Part shown: positions 20,146-28,986 of the stretch, piece after piece
Numbering within the stretch: position 1 is the stretch's first letter
Layout of the letters: the number at the start of each line of letters is the position of its first letter
NCBI GenBank assembly: GCA_963741725.1
Contig: CAVUJC010000011.1
Location: 126,524 to 190,523 of the forward strand
DNA from: an uncultured Alphaproteobacteria bacterium
GTDB taxonomy: Bacteria > Pseudomonadota > Alphaproteobacteria > Micropepsales > Micropepsaceae
Reading direction: 5' to 3'
Length of the DNA: 64,000 nucleotides
Program-made: the position numbers and the translations under genes
The notes under the pieces: generated by a model
The model's database searches: none
Told to the model about the DNA's origin: nothing
The model's input: only the letters and a program-made list of their open reading frames with translations

Positions 20146-20416
20146 GCTGACCCTTGAAATGTGGGATGTCGTCGAAGCAATCCTATCATCGCGCAGAAAC
20201 GTCAAAGAACCATTCAGCGCCATTGGTAAAGACCGAGGCGCCTCGTACGAGATTTGGCGTTTTCCTATCCGAGGAAGGCGGTTCGCCCGCTGTGACTGTC
20301 CGACCAGTCTCCGCTCATGCCGATTCAATCGGCCAGCCGCGCGCGGTCCGACAAAGAATCCGATGCGCGGATCTGCAAATAATATTTTAGATTTCAACGT
20401 GTTAGCGCAGAATGAA

Positions 20417-20506
20417 TGGCGGACAGGGTGGGATTCGAACCCACGATACCCGTAAAGGTACTCCGCATTTCGAGTGCGGTGCCATCAACCGCTCGACCAC
20501 CTGTCC
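20417..20506 (-). tRNA. tRNA-Ser(CGA)
   Basis: GGACAGGTGGTCGAGCGG...CCGCA-CTCGAAA-TGCGG, long variable arm, GGTTCGAATCC, encoded CCA; 90 nt. Confidence 0.97.
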
Positions 20507-20588
20507 GTTGCGGATCAATTACGGAACCTTCGAGCGGATAGCAAGAACCCGAAGATGCGCCGCCGCGAGTGGATGCGCGCGGCCATAC

Positions 20589-21446
20589 TCAGCTCTCTTC
20601 GCCGGCCAGCCAGCGCACGTCGGCGCGCGATTTTGCAGACAGCAGAGGCGCCACCACGCGCAGCGCGTCCCGCATCTCATCGCCAAAGCCGAAGGGCGGA
20701 TTGACGACGATCAGGCCTGCGCTGGAGAGCCGGACCTTTTCGTCTTTCGCGCCGTCGGCGGTCCCGACATCGATGTCGATTCGCAGCGCGCGCTTGACGC
20801 CTGCGGCCATCACCTCGCCGCTGAAGGCGTGCGCCTCGCCCGCGGACTTGATCGGAAACCAAAGAATGAAGATGCCCGTCGCAAAGCGCTTCAGCGCCTC
20901 GCCGAGCGCGCGGGCCTGACGCTCGAATTCGTCGGCCGTCTCAAAAGGCGGATCGATCAGCACGACACCGCGCCGCTCAGGAGGCGGCAGCAGTGCATTG
21001 ATCCGCGCATAGCCGTCGGCGCACTCGCTGCGCAGCGCCCTGTTGTGGAAAGTCGCAAGCGCGGTTTTCAACGCTTGCGCGTCTTGCGGATGTTTCTCGA
21101 TGGCGATGAGCCTGTCCTGTGGCCGCAGCAGCGGCGCGGCGATCAGCGGTGATCCGGGATAGCGGCCCTCTCCCGCCGACGTCACGATTTCCAGATAGTG
21201 CTTGAGAGCGGGCGGCAAAGCATCGGGCGTGTCAAGCAGACCGAGGATGCGTTCAATCCCCCTCGCCGCTTCACCCGTGCGCAGGGCAGCGTCGCTGCGC
21301 AGGTCGTACAGTCCCGGCCCGGCGTGCGTGTCGATAACGGCAAATGCGGTGTCCTTGCGGCGCAGATGCAGCAGTATCGAGACCAGCGCCAGATGCTTGA
21401 CGACATCGGCGAAATTTCCGGCATGGAAGGCGTGGCGATAATTCAT
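20589..21446 (-). CDS. rlmJ: 23S rRNA (adenine2030-N6)-methyltransferase
   Basis: MNYRHAFHAGNFADVVKH, DTHAGPGLY, YPGSP, LIDPPFE. Confidence 0.95.
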   Translation of the reverse strand: MNYRHAFHAGNFADVVKHLALVSILLHLRRKDTAFAVIDTHAGPGLYDLRSDAALRTGEAARGIERILGLLDTPDALPPALKHYLEIVTSAGEGRYPGSPLIAAPLLRPQDRLIAIEKHPQDAQALKTALATFHNRALRSECADGYARINALLPPPERRGVVLIDPPFETADEFERQARALGEALKRFATGIFILWFPIKSAGEAHAFSGEVMAAGVKRALRIDIDVGTADGAKDEKVRLSSAGLIVVNPPFGFGDEMRDALRVVAPLLSAKSRADVRWLAGEES

Positions 21447-21872
21447 CTACTCGCAGAAAATCCGCACTTTCGCGTGCTCATGATCGACATCCACCTGCAG
21501 GTCGCGCAGTTGCTCGACGATGTCCTCCAGGCTCTCGGGCGTCAACTTGCCGATGTCGACGTCAATGCCTTCCTTGCGCAGGGCCTCGTTGACCTCGGTG
21601 CGTGCGCGCGGCGGAATGATGCTGGTCAGCTTCACGCCGGCGCGAAGCAGCTGCATCGGAACGCGGATATTGACCTTGGTTGGTCCATCCTGATCGTCAT
21701 GGGCATCGACGACCACCCGCAGATACTTCACCTGGTCGTTGCGACGCGCTTCGGAGGAAGCGGTCGCCTGTCCGGGCTCGCGCTCGAGAGCCTTCAGCAG
21801 GCGTTCGGCCTCGTCGGCGTTGATCTTGCCCTGGGCCAGCATGTCCAGGATCTGGCGGCGGTTCTCGCTCAT
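21447..21872 (-). CDS. SHOCT-like/YvlB-N-like domain protein
   Basis: MSENRRQILDMLAQGKINADEAERLLKAL; KVNIRVPMQLL. Confidence 0.7.
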   Translation of the reverse strand: MSENRRQILDMLAQGKINADEAERLLKALEREPGQATASSEARRNDQVKYLRVVVDAHDDQDGPTKVNIRVPMQLLRAGVKLTSIIPPRARTEVNEALRKEGIDVDIGKLTPESLEDIVEQLRDLQVDVDHEHAKVRIFCE

Positions 21873-21884
21873 CGCGATGTCCTC

Positions 21885-22151
21885 TCAGTAAACGTGAATG
21901 AAGACGGAGGCCGACGGCGAGTCGACTTCCACATGGGTGCCGTTAAGGCTGCCGAGCACGGCAATGAAGGCGCCGAGCGTCTTGAATGGATGAATGTCGA
22001 TCGCGGCGCAGACCACAAAGAAGACCGGCAGCAGCACCAACACGAAGGGAAGCAGCAGCAGCCACACCAGGAAGAGCGGCACCCACAGGCGTATGCCGCG
22101 ATGCATCGCGTTGGGCAGGATGTGCACGACGGCGAGAAGTGGCGGCCTCAT
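21885..22151 (-). CDS. Small membrane protein of DUF2089 operon
   Basis: Long hydrophobic stretch LWVPLFLVWLLLLPFVLVLLP; ATGA overlap with upstream gene. Confidence 0.6.
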   Translation of the reverse strand: MRPPLLAVVHILPNAMHRGIRLWVPLFLVWLLLLPFVLVLLPVFFVVCAAIDIHPFKTLGAFIAVLGSLNGTHVEVDSPSASVFIHVY

Positions 22152-22522
22152 GATTTTCCCTCCAGTTCGGCAATGGCCTCGCCAGCCGTGATCTCGCCGC
22201 GGTTGAGGCGGTCGAGCACTTCGCTGCGCGAGGGCGTTGGGTCGGTGTCGACGAATTCGAGCGACGCGGCGATGCGGTTGAGCCGCGCCTTGATCGTCGG
22301 GTAGCTGACGCCGAATACCTGCTCCATCTCCTTGATGGAGCCATGGCTCTTCACGAAGGCGGCGATGAACACCTGATCCTCAAGCGCGAGCCGCGCGAGC
22401 TGGGGCAATTCGAACGCGCCTTCAAGGACGATGTCCCGGTCCGCCAGCCTTACCCGCTCGACGATCAGGGGTGCCCCCTGCGTCAGTTCGGTCAGTTCAT
22501 GCCAATCCTTGGCCTTGGACAT
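22148..22522 (-). CDS. DUF2089 family HTH protein
   Basis: FIAAFVKSHGSIKEMEQVFGVSYPTIKARLNRI HTH; C-terminal RSEVLDRLNRGEITAGEA. Confidence 0.85.
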   Translation of the reverse strand: MSKAKDWHELTELTQGAPLIVERVRLADRDIVLEGAFELPQLARLALEDQVFIAAFVKSHGSIKEMEQVFGVSYPTIKARLNRIAASLEFVDTDPTPSRSEVLDRLNRGEITAGEAIAELEGKS

Positions 22523-22562
22523 CGGAAGAACCGTATCTGCTGCGTAAGAGATATGGATTAAG

Positions 22563-22596
22563 AAAATTGATTTTACAAGCGAGAAAAATTGATTTT
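22563..22596. promoter_or_regulatory. Tandem palindromic operator candidates upstream of DUF2089 operon
   Basis: AAAATTGATTTT at 22563-22574 and 22585-22596 (22-bp period). Confidence 0.55.
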
Positions 22597-22676
22597 CTTG
22601 AATATTCTGTCAAGTATTTGAATTTATATCGGTTTTCCTATGCGAGATGCCGAGTGCGCGCTTGGGTAGGCAGTTA

Positions 22677-22774
22677 GAACCCCGGTAAGGATCACATGTT
22701 TACATAGTCCACCTGGTCTTCATCAGCCGGGTTCCCTTTGGAATTCCCTCAGGCCAACACACCCGGCCTGAGGG
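22677..22774. ncRNA. Candidate structured RNA / leader (two hairpins)
   Basis: GAACCCCGG (22677-85) pairs with CCGGGTTC (22726-33); perfect CCCTCAGGCC-9nt-GGCCTGAGGG (22746-74); no family recognised. Confidence 0.3.
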
Positions 22775-22789
22775 GATCTCCACCCCACG

Positions 22790-23002
22790 ATGGTTGTGTT
22801 GCTTATGACGAACGTCGATGTCGGCCAGCTTGCGGTCCGCCTGCTGCAGAAATACGGAAACGACGCGCTCGCACTCGCCACGCGACAGGCCGATTCCTAT
22901 TTCAAAGCCGGAGACGCCATCCGCTACGCCGACTGGTGCCTGGTGATCGGCGAAATCGAGCTGCTCAGGGTCAAGTCCGCGCGCAGCATGAAGGCCGTAT
23001 AA
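22790..23002 (+). CDS. Small hypothetical protein
   Basis: 70-aa helical ORF (AVRLLQKYGNDALALA...YADWCLVIGEI); alternative start 22805. Confidence 0.55.
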   Translation: MVVLLMTNVDVGQLAVRLLQKYGNDALALATRQADSYFKAGDAIRYADWCLVIGEIELLRVKSARSMKAV

Positions 23003-23021
23003 CGCCGGCGCCGACGACGAT

Positions 23022-24398
23022 TCACTGCGAGATTTCCTCGAGCGAAAGATTGCGGGTCTTCGGCCCGAATATGCCGATGGCGAGACTCACAACGCCCATG
23101 CTGGCAGCGATCAGGGTGAAGACGCCCGCAACGCCGAAACGTCCCAGAAAGAACGCGATGACGAAGGCGCTGAACACCGTCGACAGCCGGCTGAAGGAAT
23201 AGACGAAGCCGACCGCCAGCGCGCGGATCCGAGTCGGATATAGCTCGGCCTGGTAAGCGTGGAACGAGAACGACATGATGTTGTTGGAAAGCGTGACGAG
23301 CACGCCGAACAGGATGAGCGGCGCCGCCTCGCGCATCTGCGCAAAGACAAGGCCGGACACCGCGACGCACAAAGCGGACGCGGTGATCATCCATTTGCGC
23401 TCGATCCTGTCGGTGTAGAACGCAGCCAGCAGCGGCCCGAACGGCGCCGCGATGGCGATGATGAATGTGTAGCCAAGGCTCGCGGTCACCGCGATTCCCT
23501 GCTTGATCAGGAAACTCGGCACCCAGTTCGCAAAGCCGTAAAAGCCGACCGTCTGGAACAGATTGAAGACGATGAGCATGAGCGTGCGCGTCAGGTAAGG
23601 TCCCTTCCAGATCTCGGCGAAATTTCCGCCCGCGGATCCATCCGCGATTTCGGCGGCGGGTTCGGCGAGCGGACCGCTCTCACGCATCGCTTCGGACTCG
23701 AACTGCTCGACAATCCTCGTGGCTTCCTCGATGCGCCCATGTTGCGCGAGCCAGCGCGGACTTTCGGGCACGGCGAGCCGGATGAGCCACACGATGACGG
23801 CGCCGGCCGAGCCTGCCAGCACCACCCAGCGCCAGCCGTCAAAGCCGAACGGCGCGATGGGCACCAGCAGCCAGGCCAGGAACGCGACGGCCGGAATCGC
23901 GCTGAACTGCACCACCTGGTTGAGCGCGAAGGCGCGGCCGCGGACCTGCCGCGGCACGAGTTCGGCGATGTAGGTGTCGATCGTCACGAGCTCGACGCCG
24001 ATTCCGATGCCGGCGATGAAGCGCCACAGATCGACGCCGAACGCCGTCGTCTGAAACGCCATCGTGCTGGCTGCAACGGTGTACCAGAGGAGCGACACGG
24101 TGAAGATCAGGCGCCGTCCGAACCGGTCCGCGACAAAGCCGAACAGGCCGGTGCCGAGGAAAAGCCCAGCGAAAAAAGCCGCCACGAAACCCGCAAGACC
24201 GGTCGTACCGAACAGGCCGGGCGTCGTCGACGTCAGGATCCCGCTCTTGACGAGGCCCGGCCCGACATAGGCGGACATGAACATGTCGTAGAACTCGAAG
24301 AATCCGCCGAGGGACAACAGGAAAACACGCGTCCACAGCGCCCTTCCGGCCGGCAGGCGTTCCAGCCGCGCGGCGATCGTCGCGGTGTGCGCGCTCAT
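23022..24398 (-). CDS. MFS transporter (sugar/aromatic acid:H+ symporter-like)
   Basis: GFVADRFGRR motif A, YIAELVPRQVRG, ELYPTRIRA; 12 TM. Confidence 0.9.
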   Translation of the reverse strand: MSAHTATIAARLERLPAGRALWTRVFLLSLGGFFEFYDMFMSAYVGPGLVKSGILTSTTPGLFGTTGLAGFVAAFFAGLFLGTGLFGFVADRFGRRLIFTVSLLWYTVAASTMAFQTTAFGVDLWRFIAGIGIGVELVTIDTYIAELVPRQVRGRAFALNQVVQFSAIPAVAFLAWLLVPIAPFGFDGWRWVVLAGSAGAVIVWLIRLAVPESPRWLAQHGRIEEATRIVEQFESEAMRESGPLAEPAAEIADGSAGGNFAEIWKGPYLTRTLMLIVFNLFQTVGFYGFANWVPSFLIKQGIAVTASLGYTFIIAIAAPFGPLLAAFYTDRIERKWMITASALCVAVSGLVFAQMREAAPLILFGVLVTLSNNIMSFSFHAYQAELYPTRIRALAVGFVYSFSRLSTVFSAFVIAFFLGRFGVAGVFTLIAASMGVVSLAIGIFGPKTRNLSLEEISQ

Positions 24399-24484
24399 CC
24401 TGCCCCCGATGCGAGGCAGAATCGCCTCAACGCCTTTCTCTGTGCAATATTCACCGTTGCCGAGCCCGCGGGAAAGACCTTTCC

Positions 24485-25219
24485 ATGCCGTTCGAGATGG
24501 ATTTTCCGCTGAGCGACTGGCTGCGCGCCCGTTCCGCCGCGAGCCGTACGGACGGCGTTCCCTACATCATCGGCGTGGCGGGAAGCGTTGCCTCGGGCAA
24601 GAGCACATTCGCGGGCACGCTGCGCCGCGCGCTCGAAGCCTGGCACGAACATCCGCGCGTCGAAGCGGTCGCGACGGACGGTTTTCTTTTTCCCAACCGC
24701 ATCCTCGCCGAGCGCGAGATCACGATGCGCAAAGGCTTTCCGGAGTCGTTCGACTTCGACGCCTTGCGCGGCGCCGTGGGCGCGATCAAGCGCGGCCGGC
24801 GCGTCGCGATACCGCTCTACTCGCACGCGACCTATGACGTCGACGCGGAAAACAGCCTCGTCGTGCACAAGCCGGACATCGTCATACTCGACGGTTTGCA
24901 TCTCGCACGGATCGAGCGCGCAGGCGAGCCGCGCCTGATTGACATGCTCATCTATCTCGACGCCGACGAAGCGGTGATCGAGCGCTGGTTCACCGACAGG
25001 CTGGTGCCGCTGATGGAAGCGGGCGTCAACGATTCCAACTCCTTCTACTACGCTTTTCGCACGATGGGCCCCGATGAGCGTCGCGCCTTTGCCGCGCGCG
25101 TCTGGCAAGGCATCAATCTTCCCAACTTGCGCGATCATATTGTGAAAGACCGTGACGCTGCCGACCTCATCCTTCACAAATCTGAAAATCATCGCGTGTC
25201 GCGCGTTGTCCAACGCTAA
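24485..25219 (+). CDS. coaA: Type I pantothenate kinase-like protein (short)
   Basis: IIGVAGSVASGKST P-loop, TDGFLFPN, RKGFPESFD, YSHATYD; only 244 aa. Confidence 0.75.
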   Translation: MPFEMDFPLSDWLRARSAASRTDGVPYIIGVAGSVASGKSTFAGTLRRALEAWHEHPRVEAVATDGFLFPNRILAEREITMRKGFPESFDFDALRGAVGAIKRGRRVAIPLYSHATYDVDAENSLVVHKPDIVILDGLHLARIERAGEPRLIDMLIYLDADEAVIERWFTDRLVPLMEAGVNDSNSFYYAFRTMGPDERRAFAARVWQGINLPNLRDHIVKDRDAADLILHKSENHRVSRVVQR

Positions 25220-25259
25220 GGTCGCGCAGCCCAGAGAATTTGATCCGGGAGGTATCCTG

Positions 25260-25485
25260 ATGGCCCAGAAGAAGACACAGCCCGCTGCAGACGCGTTGCT
25301 GGACGGCCTTGCCAAACCGGCGCAGCGCGCGCTGGCAAATGCAGGTATCAAGACTTCTCGCGCAACTGGCCAGGAAGAGCGAGGCCGAGGTCGCGGCGTT
25401 GCACGGCATGGGGCCGAACGCGCTCGCCACCTTGAGAAAATCGCTCAAGGCGCGGGGGCTCAGCTTTGCACGGAACTCAAGCTAG
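25260..25485 (+). CDS. Small helix-hairpin-helix (RNAP alpha-CTD-like) DNA-binding protein, +1 frameshift at 25355-25356
   Basis: LAKPAQRALANAGIKT in one frame; LAQLARKSEAEVAALHGMGPNALATLRKSL after removing one T. Confidence 0.7.
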
Positions 25486-25491
25486 AGCGGC

Positions 25492-26379
25492 CTAGAGGAG
25501 TTTGATCTTGGCGCGCTCTTCCGCGAACCACTGCCTCATCGCACCGTCCCAGGATGCCGCCGCGGATTCGGCCGCCGCGAGGTCGCGCTTGTGGCCGGCC
25601 AAGTCTCCCAGCATGGCAAACGCATTGGCGCGGGCAAGGCGCAGAAAGGTTTCGTCGACCGGCTCGCTGCCGTTTGCATCGATGATCCTGAACGCCGCAT
25701 CGACCGCCTCACGCGCCGCCATGGGTTCACCGAGCGCATTGGCGACGAGCGCGCTCAGATAGAGCGCTCGCTCCTCATTCTGCCATGTGCCGCAGCGTAG
25801 CCAGAATTCGAGTCCGGCTGCGGCCGCGGCGCGCATCAACTCGTCTTGCTCCGCCGAACGTGGGCAGACTTCCAACAGCTGGGACGCGAGGTTGTTGCTG
25901 GCGATCGCCACCATGCGGTCCGCGTTCGACTTGGGCGTGTTTCGGGCCAGCGCCAGCGCGGACTCATACAGAGCCGAGCCTTCGGCCAGGCGCCCGGAAC
26001 CGGCCAGCGCATTGGCGAGCGTCATCTTGCTGTCGATGGCAGCGACACGCGGGTCAATTCCGTCGGTTGCGGCATAAACCTGCTGCGCCTGCTCTGCGCC
26101 CTCCAGGTCTCCCGCCATCGCACGTGCCGCGTACAACTTCGCCCATGCGGCGGCGGTCCGCGCATCGGGCGTCCGGCCCTCGAGCACGCGTTCGGCCAGC
26201 GCGCGTGCGCGTGGCCAATCACTCAGATGCTCACCGATCGTGTGATTGGACCAGTAGAGAAGCGGGACCAGGCTGCCGGGATCAACCGATCCGCAGACCG
26301 CCGCTTCCAGCTCGCCCGCAAACCGCGCGCTCGCTGTGTTGTGATAGGATGATCCGTCGCGCAGAAGGTCTTCGATCAT
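25492..26379 (-). CDS. Hypothetical TPR-like helical protein
   Basis: Ala-rich helical repeats, GC3-biased codons, fills gap downstream of tRNA-Leu. Confidence 0.6.
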   Translation of the reverse strand: MIEDLLRDGSSYHNTASARFAGELEAAVCGSVDPGSLVPLLYWSNHTIGEHLSDWPRARALAERVLEGRTPDARTAAAWAKLYAARAMAGDLEGAEQAQQVYAATDGIDPRVAAIDSKMTLANALAGSGRLAEGSALYESALALARNTPKSNADRMVAIASNNLASQLLEVCPRSAEQDELMRAAAAAGLEFWLRCGTWQNEERALYLSALVANALGEPMAAREAVDAAFRIIDANGSEPVDETFLRLARANAFAMLGDLAGHKRDLAAAESAAASWDGAMRQWFAEERAKIKLL

Positions 26380-26412
26380 GCGGTCCCCGGCAAATACGAA
26401 GCGGGCGAACGA

Positions 26413-26497
26413 TGGTGCGGGCGGTCGGAATCGAACCGACACTCCTTGCGGAACCAGATTTTGAGTTTGGCGCGTCTACCAGTTCCACCACGCCCGC
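26413..26497 (-). tRNA. tRNA-Leu(CAA)
   Basis: GCGGGCGTGGTGGAACTGGTAGAC...CTCAAAA loop, variable arm, GGTTCGATTCC, encoded CCA; 85 nt; one anticodon-stem mismatch. Confidence 0.95.
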
Positions 26498-26569
26498 GCA
26501 CGCCCGTCTGTTAGCCTTTTGGCCCGTCCGCGTCTAGCATTCCGGCATTCGAAAAACAGGGGCAACGCC

Positions 26570-27190
26570 GTGAAGCTTTATACAGAGAACTATCCCGCGC
26601 CCAACCCGCGCAAGGTCCATATTTACCTTGCCGAAAAAGGCCTGACCGTCGAGCGCGTCCACACCAAGATGCAGGAGCGTCAGCACAAGGCGCCCGACTT
26701 CATGAAAAAGAACTCGCTCGGCCAGGTGCCGGTGCTGGAAACAGACGATGGCAGGTTCATCTCGGAATCCGTGGCCATTTGCCGTTACTTCGAGGCGCTG
26801 CATCCTACGCCGCCCATGTTCGGCCGCGATCCGTTCGATGCGGCGATGGTCGAGATGTGGATTCGCCGCGCCGAGTTCCGCCTGTGGAACCCGATGGGCC
26901 AGGTGTGGATCAACGCCGATCCGCGAACGGCAGTCGTCAATCCAAACCAGTTCAAGGACTATGGCGAGCACAGCAAGAAGGTTCTTGCCAACGCCATGAA
27001 GTGGATAGACCGCGAACTCTCAGACGGGCGCGAGTTCCTGGCCGGACAAAACTACACGATGGCGGACATTGTCTTGTTGTGCGGCATCGACTTCGGCAAG
27101 TTCATCCACCAGGACATGCCGGAGGATGCCCAACATCTGCGCGCCTGGCACGCGCGCGTCTCGGCGAGGCCGAGTGCAAGGGCGACCTAA
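26570..27190 (+). CDS. Glutathione S-transferase family protein
   Basis: GTG start; PAPNPRKVHIYLAEKG, NSLGQVPVLE, ISESVAICRY. Confidence 0.9.
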   Translation: MKLYTENYPAPNPRKVHIYLAEKGLTVERVHTKMQERQHKAPDFMKKNSLGQVPVLETDDGRFISESVAICRYFEALHPTPPMFGRDPFDAAMVEMWIRRAEFRLWNPMGQVWINADPRTAVVNPNQFKDYGEHSKKVLANAMKWIDRELSDGREFLAGQNYTMADIVLLCGIDFGKFIHQDMPEDAQHLRAWHARVSARPSARAT

Positions 27191-27864
27191 AGCAGCTTGG
27201 CCAGCTTGGCAAAATCCTCGCGGGCACCGGCCGGTGCCTTCACGCGCGGGATCGTCGCGATGGGGATGCCGGGCGCAAAGCGCGCCAGCGTCGCGACGGT
27301 CTCAGCCAGCGGCACGGCGCCGTCGCCGGTTTCGTTGACGACGAGCGCCTTCACGGCGAGCGCTGCACCGGCGATGACTTTCAACGCCGTCAGCGTGTGG
27401 CTGATCGTTCCGAGGTACGAGCCCGTGACCACAATGAGCGGCAGGCCAAGCGCACGCGCCCAGTCGAGGACCGTGTGTTCGCGATCCAGCGGCACCATGA
27501 TCCCGCCGACCCCCTCGATGAACAATGTGCCCCGCGCATTCGCGATCGCGTTGCGGCAGAGCGCGACCAGATCGTCGAACCCGATGCTGCGGCCCTCGCG
27601 CGCGGCCGCCATGTCGGGCGAGAGCGGCGCGCTGAACTGCCAGGGCGACAGGCGGGCCAGGGAGTCTACCGTGATCGGCTCGTTCAAGGCCTCCAGCAGC
27701 ACGCCAGGATCGCTGATCGCCGCCGTCGCGATGTCGAAACCACTGACGATCGGCTTGAGCGCGTCGACCTTTTTCCCATGGTGCCGCAGGTGCCGGATCA
27801 GTCCGGCGGTGACGAATGTCTTGCCGATGTCGGTTCCGGTCGAGGTGACGAAATAGGCGCCCAT
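27187..27864 (-). CDS. bioD: Dethiobiotin synthase
   Basis: FVTSTGTDIGKT, LKPIVSG, IEGVGG, GTISHT. Confidence 0.93.
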   Translation of the reverse strand: MGAYFVTSTGTDIGKTFVTAGLIRHLRHHGKKVDALKPIVSGFDIATAAISDPGVLLEALNEPITVDSLARLSPWQFSAPLSPDMAAAREGRSIGFDDLVALCRNAIANARGTLFIEGVGGIMVPLDREHTVLDWARALGLPLIVVTGSYLGTISHTLTALKVIAGAALAVKALVVNETGDGAVPLAETVATLARFAPGIPIATIPRVKAPAGAREDFAKLAKLL

Positions 27865-28001
27865 GCGATTGTCCGTTTCGATTTACCAGCCCTCGCGCGA
27901 ACTTGTCCAAGGCGGGACCGGGAGAATGTTTGTAACTGCTTGCACGTTCCCGAAGGCCCCTATAATGGCTGGGCCGGTCCTCGACAAATGACAGGTGCCC
28001 G

Positions 28002-28979
28002 ATGAACGCTCCCGCCCCCGAACTGCGCGACGGAATCGTGCGCCACGACTGGACGCGCGGGGAGATCGGACACCTGTTCGCCCTGCCCTTCGCCGACTTG
28101 ATTTTCCGCGCCCAAAGCGTGCATCGCCAGAATTTCTCTGCCAACGAAGTGCAGATGTCGACGCTCCTGTCGATCAAGACCGGCGGCTGCCCGGAGGATT
28201 GCGGCTATTGCTCGCAAAGCGCGTCGCACGAAACCGGCCTGAAGGCCTCCAAGCTGATGGAGATCGAAGCGGTTCTCGCCGACGCGAAGGCTGCAAAGGA
28301 TTCCGGGGCGACGCGCTTCTGCATGGGCGCAGCCTGGCGCTCGCCAAAGGACAAGGACCTGGACGCCGTTTGCGCGATGGTCGAGGGCGTGAAGGCGCTC
28401 GGTATGGAAACATGCGTGACGCTGGGAATGCTTACGGGTCCGCAGGCGGAACGCCTGAAGCGATCGGGCCTCGACTATTACAACCACAACATCGACACCT
28501 CGCCGGAATACTACAAGGAGATCATCACGACGCGGACCTATGAGGATCGTCTCGACACGCTGGCGCATGTCCGCGATGCGGGGATCAATGTCTGCTGCGG
28601 CGGCATTGTCGGCATGGGCGAAGCCGAAGACGACCGCATCGGAATGATCCACGCGCTCGCCACGCTGCCCGAGCATCCGCAGAGCGTGCCGATCAATGCG
28701 CTGATGAAGGTCAAGGGCACGCGTCTCGGCGACAGCGAGCCGATCGATCCGATCGACTTCGTGCGCACCATCGCGGTGGCGCGGATCACCATGCCGAAAT
28801 CCTTCGTCCGTCTCTCCGCCGGACGCAGCAATATGAGCGACGAGACGCAGGCGCTGTGCTTCCTGGCCGGCGCGAACTCGATCTTCGTCGGCACCAAGCT
28901 GCTGACGACGCCCAACCCGCAGGCCGATCACGACACCAAGCTGTTCGAAAAGCTCGGCGTCACCGCGATGGCGATATAA
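28002..28979 (+). CDS. bioB: Biotin synthase
   Basis: [17 protein letters not shown] radical-SAM motif, [19 protein letters not shown]. Confidence 0.97.
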   Translation: MNAPAPELRDGIVRHDWTRGEIGHLFALPFADLIFRAQSVHRQNFSANEVQMSTLLSIKTGGCPEDCGYCSQSASHETGLKASKLMEIEAVLADAKAAKDSGATRFCMGAAWRSPKDKDLDAVCAMVEGVKALGMETCVTLGMLTGPQAERLKRSGLDYYNHNIDTSPEYYKEIITTRTYEDRLDTLAHVRDAGINVCCGGIVGMGEAEDDRIGMIHALATLPEHPQSVPINALMKVKGTRLGDSEPIDPIDFVRTIAVARITMPKSFVRLSAGRSNMSDETQALCFLAGANSIFVGTKLLTTPNPQADHDTKLFEKLGVTAMAI

Positions 28980-28986
28980 AGCACCG

